A DNA stretch of 64,000 nt from Octopus bimaculoides (taxonomy: Eukaryota), in assembly GCF_001194135.2 (NCBI RefSeq), contig NC_068994.1, forward strand, positions 41,044,814 through 41,108,813, in the 5' to 3' direction. The translations under genes were made by a program, and so were the position numbers. The notes beneath the pieces were generated by a model, which was given only the letters and a program-made list of their open reading frames with translations, made no database searches and was not told where the DNA came from. How positions within the stretch are numbered: the stretch's first letter is position 1; each line of letters begins with the position of its first letter. This document shows positions 51,218 to 64,000 of this stretch, piece after piece.

Positions 51218-52259
51218 AGTAATCTAAGTATACTGTGATTTATTGCCAATACATAAATACTGTAAGTATTTATGAATTGATTTGCTCAAGGGCCCGTTAT
51301 ATTGATAAGATGATCCTTCTTTTAGCCAAACAGTGAGCTTTTGTGAGATCATTCCACTTGCTAGAAATAGCAACAGAATCTCTCTGAAATCTCATTCTTC
51401 TGTCTAAAGAAAAATAAATAAAAAAGAAAATAGGATGGACACGTTGGGTGTTCTTGACTGAATTAAACTCCCAATAAAGACGAGATGGGGATAGCTGGAA
51501 TGCCTTTGATCACACCTTTGCTTAATCAAGACTGACTTAGGCTGATGCATTGACAACAACAGAAATGGTAACTTTTGTCCAAAACATTTTGAAATTACAA
51601 AGAACTTTTACATTAGATATCTAATTTCATGAACACAGAACCCCATTGCGATCACTGCAGTGATAGACTATTTTGTTATATTAAGGGACAGTAAAATTCC
51701 ATGACTGGGGCCAGGACACACACACACACATACATATACACATACATACATGCATGCATACATGTATGCATACATAACACACATACACACATTCATACAT
51801 GCATACACACATATACATGCATACATACACACATACATACATATACCTGAACCCCAATAGCTCTGAGTAATGATTTTATCTTAAGGCACAAAACAACCTG
51901 GAGAAGCTCAAAAAGAAGAAATAGACAAATAAAACAAGGTCATGAAAGAAAATTCCTGATAGAATTCAGTACCAATAATTATTTCCAGAAAACTAGATGA
52001 CTAAATTAAGTCCCAGGGGGGGAAAAAATGACAGGTGTTATTGATAAGTTTGTGGTATAGTCCAATGACCTAGTATCAGCAAGAATTCAGTACTAATAAT
52101 TTATTCTCGTCCCTTAAAGCATAATTAATGGATCTTCCTGACAGGAATGTGGTCTAATCTTATGACCCACTTGCCAGCAAGGATTTGGTGCTGATGAAAT
52201 ATTCTCAGCAAAATAGGTGACTAAAAGAAGGTCTTGAGGTGAAATTAATAGATGTTATT

Positions 52260-53228
52260 GGCGGCGAGCTGGCAGAAAACTTAACACGTTGGGTGAAATG
52301 CTTAGTGGTATTTTCATCTGTCTTTACATTCTGAGTTCACATTCTGCCGGTTTTTTGGTTATTTTTATTATATCCATATATGGTTATTTTCTCTATATGT
52401 TGGCAATTTTTACTAACTAAAATATGGTAGTAAAATAACTAACATGGTTATTTCCCTCTCCATGTTAGTAAAATTACAAAAGGTAAAAAATTTTGTTATT
52501 TTTATTTAACCATATTTTGGTTATTTTTACTATTTTATTATATTAATAATATGGTTGATTTTAACTCTTATACTGCAGGGGTTGATGAGAGCAATACAAG
52601 TAATATGTTGATGTTAATTCTATTAATTTTCACCTTCTCTTCCATTCGTTAAGGTCAACTTTGCCTTTCATCCTTTCGGGTTTGATAAATTAAATACCAG
52701 CTGCATATTGGGCACGATCTACTCGACTGGCCCCCTCCCCCAAAATTTTGGGCCTTGTGCCTAGAGTGGAAAAGAAATATGGTATAATCCCAAAACTCAG
52801 TATCAGAAAGGATTCAATGCTCTTAATAATTGTTTTATAATTAAAGCTCAGCATTAGCAGTTTGTGGAGAGGTTAATTTATTTTATTTATCTTTATTTTA
52901 TCAATCTGAAAGGATGAATGACAAAGCTGACCTTAACAAATGGAAGAGAATGTGAAAATTAATAGATTCAACATCATCATATTACTTGATTTCATCAACC
53001 TCTGTGGTATAACAGTTAAAACCAACCATATTATTAATATAAGAAAATAGTAAAAATGACCAAAATACGGTTATAATAAAAATAAAATAATTTTTGCATT
53101 TTGTAATTTTACTAACAGGAGGAGTAAAAATACCATATTAGTTATTTTACTAACTATATTTTGGTTAGTAAAAATTGCTAACATGGTTATAGTGAAAATA
53201 ACTGTATATGGTTATCATAAAAATAAAA
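52260..53228. mobile_element. Family-A SINE split by an AT-rich insert, plus an inverted copy of the insert and SINE-core junction
   Basis: The SINE head (52260-52350) resumes at aaggtcaactttgcc (52651). The arms 52352-52690 and 52897-53228 are reverse complements. Confidence 0.8.
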
Positions 53229-54163
53229 TTGTTTTCATATTTTATATTTTGATTAGTAAAAATAATCAAAAACATATTTTGGTTGTTTTCCTCACCAAAA
53301 TATGACTAATATATTTATTTTACTCACCATATTCGTAAAATAACAAAATGCGAAAAGGATTTTGTTATTTTTCAAAAAAATCCTTTATGCGTTTCCCTTA
53401 CAATGGCAAAAAGAAAAAAGTGAAAATGTTTATATTTTTCAGGCAAAGAAATGTGACTGAATGCAGTATTGGCCATGGTAATCATTGTATGGCCTGTACT
53501 ATATAGACTATCATTACTTATGATGAAGGATTTTTGTGCCTGTGATATATAACGGTTATAAAGCTTTTTCCTGTTTGCATTGTAAGAAGCTCCTCATCTT
53601 CACTATTTTTGTTTTTTTAACTTCTTTATTACAATGCTTCGAGCAGGCTATAAATGCTCTTAACCATATCAGTATGTAAAATCAGAATAGAGAGGGATAA
53701 AACTAAATACTGTAAAACGCGCAGAAAGTAATGACAGGTTCATGTGCATTTTCAATTGCACCATCCTCTGATAATTATCTCTCTCCGCTTTGACTGTTGT
53801 CCACTCCCAGCATGTGTTTCAACTTGTGATGTTCTCCTCCTCCTCTCATGCAATGTTCACTACAAGAGGGCAATTTTGCTGGAGGGTGCTGGCACCAAAC
53901 ATAGTTGAAGATGTTGATATATCATGGAATAATATTGTTTTTTGATAAGTTCTCAAAAAAGGTTAGTAAGAGATCAAACTTTTTTTCCCACGTGCAAACT
54001 GTGTACATCTGTCATTAAGACAACTTGAATGGACAAGAATTTGGGAAAAGTTTTTGAGCTGTGTGTGTCTGTGCAGGTATATGCAATGCATGCATGTATG
54101 TAGGCATTTGTGTTGTATGTTTATGTATATGTGTGTATGTGCATATATCTATGTATATATGCT

Positions 54164-54583
54164 TTACATGCTTCCTGTTATTAGCCTGTAGCCAAGCTGG
54201 GACACTGCTTTGAAGAATTTTTAGTCGAATGAATAAACCACAGGACTTATTTTATTAAACCTGGTACTTATTCTATCAGTCTTTTTTACCAAACCATTAA
54301 GACATGGGGACATAAATACACCAACACTTGTCATCAAGTGGTAGTGGTGGTGGAAAAACACAGACACAAAGACACACACAGGTGCAAAGACGTACACACC
54401 ACACACACACACACATATTTGACAGGCTTCTTTTAGTTTCTGTTTACCAAATCCACTCACAGGGCTTTGGCTGGTCTGAGGTTATAATAGAAGATACTTG
54501 CCCAGAGCGCTGCACAGTGAGATTGAACCCAGAACCATATGGTTGGGAAGCAAACTTCTTACCATGCAGCCAAGCCTGTGCCT
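54164..54583 (-). mobile_element. Full-length family-C SINE
   Basis: The tail, CA microsatellite and tRNA-like head (gaacccagaaccatatggttgggaagcaaacttcttaccatgcagcc) are all present in reverse. Confidence 0.8.
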
Positions 54584-57500
54584 ATATGAGCATGTATATG
54601 CATGTACATATGAATGCATGCTAATATGTGCATATGTCATATGTATGCATATATATTTACACGTGTATGTTGAAAGCCAGTGGCTGTTAATATAAATACT
54701 CAGTGTGATATTTGTGTCACCCAAATTAAACAACCTCTTATTTCATTCAATATCAAAAATGCAAATGAACCAGTGACTGACCTTTGGAAACATATAACCG
54801 ATGATTCTATTTTTCACCTGATATGGTACAAAATAAACAAGAATAAAATCTGATTGGCTTATTTTGGATTTTGTGCTTTGTAGCTTTCTCTTCTGGTCAT
54901 TTTCTGGGGAAAATGTTAAAGCTAAGATTAATAAGAATTGAGTTCTGAATTGTAAGCCAAAAAAACCTCTGTTGCCAGACATCATTACACTTTCAGGTTT
55001 TCTAATACCTTTTTATGTCTTCCTGTATTTTGTTTCTTCTTATTAAGGCTACCAAGAAAAAAATAAGAACAATCTATTTGTTGAGCTCCCATGCAGTTTC
55101 TTCACAAACCAAATTTCACTCACAAAGTTTTAGGCAACCTGAGATGCTGTACAATACAGTTAAACTTGAAACCAGGTACTCATGGTTGTATGTATCCTGA
55201 TTGTGGAGTTGCTGAGATATTACTGCCTTGTCCTCATCATTGATGATACTAGATACTGATAAGTATCTAGCATCATCTGTGGACAGCTAAACATTCCCAA
55301 AGTGACTATCAGTTGGCCTCTAAATAAAATATCTAGCATCAGATATTTTAACGCTTATGTTATCAGAACCACTGTGGCTAGTTAAAGCAAAAGGATAATA
55401 ATGATAAAAATGATAACGATGATGATGATGATGATAAAGATGATTTATCCTAATACATATTTTGATAAAACAAAACTAAAAGGGAAAGATAGTCCTTTGT
55501 TTTTTTTTGTTGTTTGTTTTTGTTCTTTTTATTTAAATGTCAACGTAACCAGAGAGGTGTGAAAACCATAGCAAATGCTTATCAACATCTGAAATGATAC
55601 ATTTCCTCTGACTAATCATTTTCATAGCAGAGATATCAGTAAGTGAAAGGAAAATTGGACAACCATCAAGCCAGCCAGCCAACCGTGGTCATGTGTATAT
55701 ATTTCACCACTTACAGGATGAGGCAATTTTCAGTGTTTGAGGGCAAGACATTTCTCAGTTTACCTAGCTAAGCTGTGAAAAACAATATAGGGTAGATGGT
55801 ATAGATTTCTAAGTTGAGCATGTAGTTAATTGATTATAGCTCTATCCAGGAAGAATTGTTCTACATCTCTAAAATGAAATTAAACACTGCTGCTTAGAAC
55901 CCATGTCTTTCCTTCATCTTGAAAAAAGACTCTTTTTTCCATCTATTTTTCTGCCTATGATAGCAAATTAGTTGACTGACACAATGCTTATAAATAAAAT
56001 GGTTAAATTTTAAACTATCTCCTCTATATAGATGACATAAATATATTTATAAAAGACAATAACAGCTACAGTACCCACGAAAAAATATCACTAATGAATT
56101 CACTTGGAATATGATAATGTGTAGGGGGATTAAAAAAAAAGCCAAAACTACTATAAGAAGCAGTAAATAATTATTTTGCCTAGCTCTGACCATATTAGCA
56201 ATGGTTATAAATAATATGGCTCAATTATTACATAAACATATTTGTAAAAAGCAATAACAAATAAAGCACCCCTAAAAAATCACTAATGAATTCACTTGGA
56301 ATATAATAATATAATAATATAATAATGTATAAGGGGAAAAAAATTCAGCAAAACAGTAAATTATTGAAAATGAAAATTTTGAATTAGATCCAAACGCTGA
56401 AATCAGGGAATTGCTACAGAAATTGAACTACAGTAATGCATTTTTTATCTTTGATTTTTTACTTGCTTCAGTCACTGGACAGCGGCCATGCTGGGGCACC
56501 ACATCAAAGGATTTTAATCAAATGAATCAACCCCAGTACTTATTTTATTAAGCTTGGTACTTTCTTGATATCTTTTGCTGAATAGCTAAGTTACAAGGTT
56601 ATAAACAAACCAACACTGGTTGTCAAGCACAATGGCACACACACACACACACATAGACACAAAAACATATGAAAGCAAAATAAACAAAAGGCTAACTGCA
56701 AGTTATACAATCTTCAGAAAGAAACAATTAACAACAGCAATTTTTGGTACTCAATCTTTACAAAGACAGAACATGTGTACAGATATGATTAGCTTGGCAG
56801 ATTTGCTCATTGGGCAAAATAAAAACTGAGAAATGGTATAGGCATTTAGTCAAGGCATGTAGCCAGATAGTCAGTGTGTTGTACTTGTGATTGCAAGACC
56901 GTGGTTTCCATTCATGGAGTGGGTGGTGTATTGTGTTCTTGAGCAAAACACTTTATTTCACATTACTCCAGTCCATTCACTTATTAATAAATTAATCTGA
57001 GACAGGCTAGTTTTCCTGTTCAGGGAGAAAGTTGTAATCTTGATCAGATATACACCTGGCCCTATTAGGCCTCAAACACATGATAGTAATGTTAAGGCAT
57101 CGATGAGTATGATAATGATAAGCATGTGCCAGACTTTGTTCATTGACTACTACCTGGTTACAATAATCTAGCACATGCTTGACTAGATTGAGAAAGAAAT
57201 CAAGGTGAAATACTCAGATATAGACAGGAATGAGAATCTTTAGACTCTAATAGACGTTTTAACTTCTGACAAAACATTACACAAAAAGAAGTCTAAACAA
57301 TATTAAAGTACAAGTATTTTGAAATAGAAATAAAACAGAAGTAGGCTTTGAAATAAAACACAGTGATCCATTCAAGGGTTGATCTTGCACTTTGAGTCAC
57401 TCAAATGTCATGGAAAATAGGACAAGCTCTAGCCAAAAACGTTTAAGACAGAGAAGCATAATATATATTCTATATAATTGAGATCTTTATCATAATAATG

Positions 57501-57833
57501 CACACCCAGATAGCTCATGAACAATAACAATCTGCATAGTAGATATTCTGTATAACTAACACCTACAACTATAACACAACTTAGACAGAATATAAACTTA
57601 TACAATCATCAACAACAACCTAGACAACACATATCCAATATAACCAATATTCATCACTGTAGCAAAACCCACACAACTCATAACATATACAGTTAACAAT
57701 AACAACCCCCACAAGATATATTCTATATATCTGACACACATCACTGTAATGCAACCAATATAGCCCATAGTATATACAATTACAAATAACAACCCACCCC
57801 TAAACTATAACTTCATTGAGAACTTACAGTATA

Positions 57834-58028
57834 TAAGGGGATGCTGAAAAGTTCCTGGCTTTAAGGGTATCGCAAAAGGCTTGGTTCTTTTACAAGGCTT
57901 AGAAAAACTGAAGGAGTACAGGAATAAATGTGTGAATCTGAGCGGGGAATGCGTTGAATAAAATCATAATTAACTGATCTTTTGGTATTTTCTTTCACCT
58001 AAAGCCAGGAACTTTCAGTACCTCTCAT
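57834..58028 (+). mobile_element. Mariner-derived MITE (~195 bp)
   Basis: TIRs are ggggatgctgaaaagttcctggcttt and aaagccaggaactttcagtacctc. The interior retains a transposase C-terminus, GLEKLKEYRNKCVNLSGECVE*. Confidence 0.8.
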
Positions 58029-58781
58029 TGATGTCATATTTTAATTTTTTTCCATAATTTAATCAAAAGAGGAAGGGCAGAAGCCTGTTATTGAGTGTCT
58101 ATGACTGGTGTGAGTAAGGGAGGCAGTTATCCCTAAACTTGAGGCATGAACTTGAATGCTTGCAACAGAATGGCACTCTAATGGTTTTAAACTGAACTTC
58201 AGATGAAGTCTAGCACTCAAGAAGGACACTCCATACAGCTTCTGTCAATTTGTCTAATAAGCACCACACTGATTTTTGTGTCCGTTTTTTTATAAGATGG
58301 TAGAGTGTGATTAGAGAGAAATTCAGCTGCTATTTCTAGTATTTCAAGCAACCACATGAGAGTCCTCCAACAAGTTTAATTTTTGTATGTATTCTTTCAA
58401 ATATATTTGTGAATGCATGTATGGCTATGCTTTTGTAAATTCTGTTTCATTTAACAATCCTCTGGTTACAGAGTTGGTCTCAGTGTGTTGCCTTGACCAA
58501 TAGTTTCAGACTGAGCAATGACTCATGAATAAAGTTTAAGAAATGGAAACTGTTCAGAAGCCTGTTGTATATGAACCAAGTGCATATGTATGTCTGCACA
58601 TGTGTGCATGTATNNNNNNNNNNNNNNNNNNNNNNNNNNNNNNNNNNNNNNNNNNNNNNNNNNNNNNNNNNNNNNNNNNNNNNNNNNNNNNNNNNNNNNN
58701 NNNNNNNNNNNNNNNNNNNNNNNNNNNNNNNNNNNNNNNNNNNNNNNNNNNNNNNNNNNNNNNNNNNNNNNNNNNNNNNNN

Positions 58782-58823
<42 letters not shown>

Positions 58824-59720
58824 GTCTCTTGCAACAAACTATATTGGTAAAAGACGGAAGCATCAGTGAGAAAATTAATAACTTTGGTGCCTTTGAAGTA
58901 AGTTCACCATAGTATTTGTTCTGCACAAGTTTTACAGACACTCCCTTTCAACCATTATAGATGCAGTGAATCAATGGCTGGTTCCTTGAAATCTAGTAAC
59001 CGATGATGTCATTGTTCACAAATATATAAAATACCATAAACAAAATAAATATTTTTAATTGTTAGTAATGAGCAGATGTTACAAAGTGACTTAAGGGCAA
59101 AGATATTCATGCATTGGTATTTATCAAAATGTTTTCAGATCTAGAGGATTACATTTTTATAACAGCCATAATGATAATTCTTTGGATTGTTCTAGTCTAA
59201 ATTACAAAAATATCGTTTTTACATAAGGTTATGTAGATAAAGTATATAAATAAATATAAATAAGGTTTCATTGAAATCTCATAGCAAAGCTTGTATATAC
59301 TCTTGGAAACACTATTTAATAGAATGTCAATGCTTTCATTTGATAACTCACAGCAGTTATTTTATATGCAACAAAACAAAATAAAAACATCCATTTTTGA
59401 AGTATTTCATTGAGGTGCAAGTAGAATCAAGCACAGATATAGTCAGGTGCAGGCATAGCTGTGCAGTTAAGAAGACTGCTTTACTGTCTTGTGGGTTCTT
59501 TTGATCTCAAAGTGCAGCACTTCAGGCAAGTGTTTTTCTCTTGTGGCCTTGCAACAAGTGTAATTAGATAGTTATACAGGAGCCAGTCCTCTGCGTGTGT
59601 GTGTGTGTGTATTTACTTTCACATGCACAACTGGTTTCCATTTCAATAAGTCTATAAGTATGCATATACATACATATATATGTGTGAGTGTATATACAAA
59701 CATACATACATGTATATATG

Positions 59721-59752
<32 letters not shown>

Positions 59753-60381
59753 CAATGAATCATACATCCAAAAAAGAAACACACTCTAAAACTTAGAGTA
59801 GTAAAGTATTTGCATGAACTTACTTATATGTGCTGTCACAGATTGACCAATGGTCTCATGGCCAGACATGTTTTTCATCGTTGACTGGAATAAAATGACA
59901 TTACTTGTATGTCTCATTTGCAACCATCATGACAAGAGTACACACATACATATGTACATTTATGTATAAATATCCGTATACAACAGGCTTCCTTCAGTTT
60001 TCATTTGTCACAAGGCTTTGATCAGCAGAAGGTTATAGGAGAAGGCACTTTGCACAAGATGTCGCACTGTAAATCACAGTGTTGGGAAGCAGTATTTTTA
60101 ATTACTCAGCCACACCTGTACCTAACTACCTACCTACCTACCTACCTACCTATATACATACATACATATATACATACATGGGCTACTCAACCTGAAAGAA
60201 ATTCTAACTGGGCCTTACCTTAAAGATCATGTACTGTTTATTTTGATATGAGGTCACCATGTTGTGCTCATATGGTTGTGATATTTGTGCTGATGGACCC
60301 ATATCAGATGGGTAGTCTGATGGGTATATTGATCTCTGTATGTTTGTACCTCAGCATCACTTTGATGGCATGTGCTGCTCT

Positions 60382-60415
<34 letters not shown>

Positions 60416-60647
60416 CATACATACATTCATACATGCATATTTACATTCATACATACTTACACATATTTTATGTAGACATAAATTATTTTTCTAAAACGTT
60501 AATTGATAAAAGAAAAATAAATAGATCAATGAGTAAGCAAGTTCCCTTTTCCTTGTCTATTATTGTTATATTTGGTTTATGTTCTATCTTAACTTTTTGA
60601 ATTAGAATGCCTTATAAAATTTTTGCCTTTTTCTGACTCAAGTACTC

Positions 60648-60649
<2 letters not shown>

Positions 60650-60721
<72 letters not shown>

Positions 60722-60886
60722 CGATTTTATGTTCTGAGCTCAGATTCTGCCAAGGTTGGTTTTGCCTTTCATCCTTTTAGGGTCAATAAAATAAGAACCT
60801 GTTGAGCACTGGAGTTGATGTAATCAACTTGCACCCTTTCCTGGAATTGCTGGCCTTGTGCCAAAATTTAAAATCATCACGGTCAA

Positions 60887-60929
<43 letters not shown>

Positions 60930-60930
60930 G
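60650..60930 (+). mobile_element. Headless family-A SINE between two (ATT)n tracts
   Basis: (ATT)n at ~60650-60718, the core ttgcctttcatccttttagggtcaataaa, then (ATT)n at ~60890-60929, which is the tail of the adjacent family-B element. Confidence 0.7.
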
Positions 60931-61470
60931 AGTGATAGAGCAGTGCATGCCATCAAAGTGACACTGGGGTAAAATATACGAAGCCCATTATACCCATCAT
61001 GACTACCCGTCTGATAAGGGTACACGAGGCACAGGCATCACAACCATATGTGCGTGACATGGTGATCTCATATCAAGATAAACAGCGCATGACCTCGCAG
61101 GTGGGGCCAAGTTAGAATTTTCTTCAAGTTGAGTAGCCCATCCTGCTCAAGAGGTCCCTGAATAAGGTTTGTTTAACGATGTTGAGCAAAACACCCATGT
61201 TTCCAAAGGTGGATTATTCAAACCCGAAAGAATTCCTCTCAACACTAGGCTATGATGCTCCCCCACTACTTCTGCTCATGATCAGAGATGCACATATCAT
61301 CAGCCACCAAGAGACATGCTCAACTGGTTAAGGTCAAACAACTGACAAGCAAATCTGTGGTATTAAGCAGAATATTTGCTGTAGCCCATCTTTTATACCA
61401 AGGCAAAACAATGTACATGATAACACTTCCAATCAGTTAAGATCAGAAGCCATGAGAGCCATTTCCTGGT
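60930..61470 (-). mobile_element. Family B retroposon, longest copy (~540 bp, (AAT)n tail)
   Basis: Homologous pieces lie at 16199-16445 (same orientation), and at 17040-17141 and 60245-60385 (opposite orientation). Confidence 0.8.
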
Positions 61471-61644
61471 ACAACTGTTTCCCATATGTACTACCCATCA
61501 TTGAAGCTTCTTTGTAATAGGGATGAAAGTTGAAGTAAAACTACTTAAGAAATGGTGGTAAGAAGGAGACAGAGGTATATTTTTTAAACATTTCTTGTTA
61601 TTTATTTGTTTTTCAGTATAGACACTTAATCAATGTTTATGCAA

Positions 61645-61767
61645 CTTTGGTTCTAATTACATAACTTAAGAGCTAGTTTCATAATCTCAGTCCTAGTTGC
61701 ATAATTTTGGGACCTAATTACATAAATTTGGTCTTAAATTGCATAACTTTTGGGGCTAATTAAATAA
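61645..61767. repeat. Degenerate 20-21-bp minisatellite, 6 units
   Basis: Units are ctttggttctaattacataa, cttaagagctagtttcataa, tctcagtcctagttgcataa, ttttgggacctaattacataa, atttggtcttaaattgcataa and cttttggggctaattaaataa. Confidence 0.7.
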
Positions 61768-62429
61768 CCTCTAATCATATTTTTGAACAATGAAACTTAC
61801 TCAATTCTAACAATTAACAGTAAGAAAAGTATTTAATTGCTAATTTAAAAACAAATTTTAAATTACTCTACAAGTACACCGCCTTACTTTTACAGCAGTA
61901 TTATCTTCCCACCCTTAGAAAAACTGTGCTGGGTTGTAGATGACTTGAAATAATTGTCAGAGAGAGAGACAACTGTTGCACTTCTCCCAGATTGTGTCAC
62001 TCAACTGAAGTGGCCACCACAAAGATGTTATGGATATACAAGAACAGAATGGACAGTTTAGGAAATTCATGATAGTTAGATTTTTACACTGAAGCTAAAC
62101 AATATATACCACCATAGAGACAAGTGCAGAGTGTCGATTCTAGATTTATGCAATATACCACAATATGACAAAGTACACAGTGATATCCAGTGTGTTGTTC
62201 TACAAGTCATACCCAGGTATCTGATAAGCCACTTATATGCTACTATGCTGCTCAACCAGGGCTAACCAAGAGCTACAAAAAATGAATACAGCTCTACCTA
62301 TACAAACATGTAAAGAACACAATCTATATACAAAATTGACATTAGCAAGATTTGAACTCAGAGTATGAAGGGCCATGACTAAATATTTCCATACATTTTG
62401 TCTGACACTCTAAATATAAGAAAGAGATT

Positions 62430-62640
62430 AAGGCAGTGACCTGGTAGAAATGTTAGCACGGCAGGCAAAATGCTTAGTGGCATTTCATCCATCTTAACAT
62501 TCTGTGTTTGAATTCTGCTGAGGTTGACTTTGCTTTTCATTCCTTTGGGGTTAATAAAATAAATACCAGTTGAGTATTGTGGTCAATGTAATCGACTTAC
62601 ATTTCCCCTGAAGTCCCCTGTGCCAAGATTTGAAACCAAT
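62430..62640 (+). mobile_element. Family-A SINE
   Basis: Reads aaggcagtgacctggtagaaatgttagcac...gaggttgactttgcttttcattcc...aaatttgaaacc-like tail. Confidence 0.75.
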
Positions 62641-63414
62641 ATAAGAAGGATTAAAATAACCTTAAATGCATTCTGAAGGGAATCAAACAATAAGGAGAGA
62701 TTATTATAATTAATGATTCAGAATATGGTAAGATATATAATAAATTTTCCTTTTAAAATGATGTTGAACAAAATGTCTCATTTTGTGCAGAACTTAATAA
62801 AAGAATGGAAATGATAGAGAGGTTAACATTTCTTATGTGTTCATCATGTTATGAGATATTAAAGCAATCAGAGGTAGTCATTGATGTATCACACAAGAAA
62901 AGAAAATACTGAAATTGTTCTGATGTTGTTGTTTAGATCTAATCTAGCTGATCTTTCATTAAAGATGTTTCAGCCATGATAGCCCTATCTTTTATTCAGA
63001 TATGGCATATGTAGGACATGAGTAGATAAAAGTCATACAAATAAAACAGAATTATAAAGCGAGGAGGAAACAAACTAACAAATAAGACATGGTGTCAAGG
63101 AAGCAAAAATATGACTGTAATCTATATTTTCTATCACAGAAACCATAATGACATCCATGGGGCAGCTGATGATGGAGTTATGTTGGATTTTTGGTATGGC
63201 TGTTTTTGTATATGTGGAATAGTGTTATAACACATCCTTTTGATATATATATATATACATATTAATCAAAGTGTACTGTATTATATATCCATCACATCTA
63301 ATTTTACCAAACAGTTTCATACTGGGTATTAACCAGTTGTTAGATAACAATACAGTTACATAATATCAAATGCTTATCAAAGGTGGAAGGTATGGAAAAA
63401 AGTATATGGTATAT

Positions 63415-63504
63415 GAGTTCCAGATTATCTTTGCAATTTTGGCTGGTTATACTCAAGATTGCTCCAATCTGGCCAGCCAAAATTGCAAAGATAATCTGGA
63501 ACTC
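63415..63504. repeat. Perfect 32-bp inverted repeat with a 26-nt spacer
   Basis: gagttccagattatctttgcaattttggctgg (63415-63446) is the exact reverse complement of 63473-63504. Confidence 0.95.
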
Positions 63505-64000
63505 GACTGAGGAAAGAAAACTCTGAATGGCTCATCCTTGTTTCCTTTGTATTGTCTATCTGGATGTTTTGTTGCCCCTTTCTTGTATCACCTGTCTGGA
63601 TATTTTGCGTTCTTGTCCCATTTTGTATTTATATGTATATATATATATCTATATCTATATATCTATATATATATATTTATCTATATATAATATGGATAGA
63701 TAAATAAATGGAGTTAAATGCAGATGTTATTCAAAGAATTTGAATAACACCTGAGCTTAACACTATTTATTTATTAATCTATATAATACAAAACATTTCA
63801 CTTAAACCTGGAATTTCTACCTTTATAAATAGGGTGTTACATCCTTGTTACTTGTGTGATTTTTGCTGCCCTGGTAACTGCTTATTTATTTTTTCAGTGT
63901 TAATTGTAAACACTGGCAAAAACACACATACATTTATATATAGTATATATACATACATAATATATATATATACATATTTATATATATATATATATATATA

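Noticed and set aside
53855-53875. CTCF-like ctacaagagggcaa
   Set aside because: It matches 11 of 14 consensus positions, which is not unusual in 64 kb, and it has no link to the Pcdh promoter.

Overview
AT-rich, microsatellite- and SINE-dense eukaryotic DNA that looks like an octopus (coleoid cephalopod) genome; this is inferred from the repeat families and the protocadherin type. There are five assembly gaps. One protein-coding gene is supported: a minus-strand six-EC protocadherin. Its large ectodomain/TM exon lies at 29980-27537 (ATG at 29945). A 160-nt cytoplasmic exon missed by the ORF track lies 12.5 kb downstream (14986-14827, motif ADGRHGWSEGDTGYYEELP), and there is a candidate terminal exon at 11354. 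The rest is mobile DNA: several tRNA-type SINE families (including a head-to-tail array of about 8 copies), decayed Tc1/mariner elements, piggyBac-type MITEs, LINE remnants (RLE-type, RTE, CR1-group), two copies of an asymmetric inverted-repeat element, and a Penelope-like GIY-YIG remnant flanked by inverted repeats that each carry a hammerhead ribozyme motif. The most testable leads are the hidden and possibly shared Pcdh tail exon, a genomic LNRE in EC2 that one A-to-I edit would convert to LDRE, the hammerhead with an intact core, and many inverted repeat pairs that could form dsRNA in Pcdh-strand transcripts.
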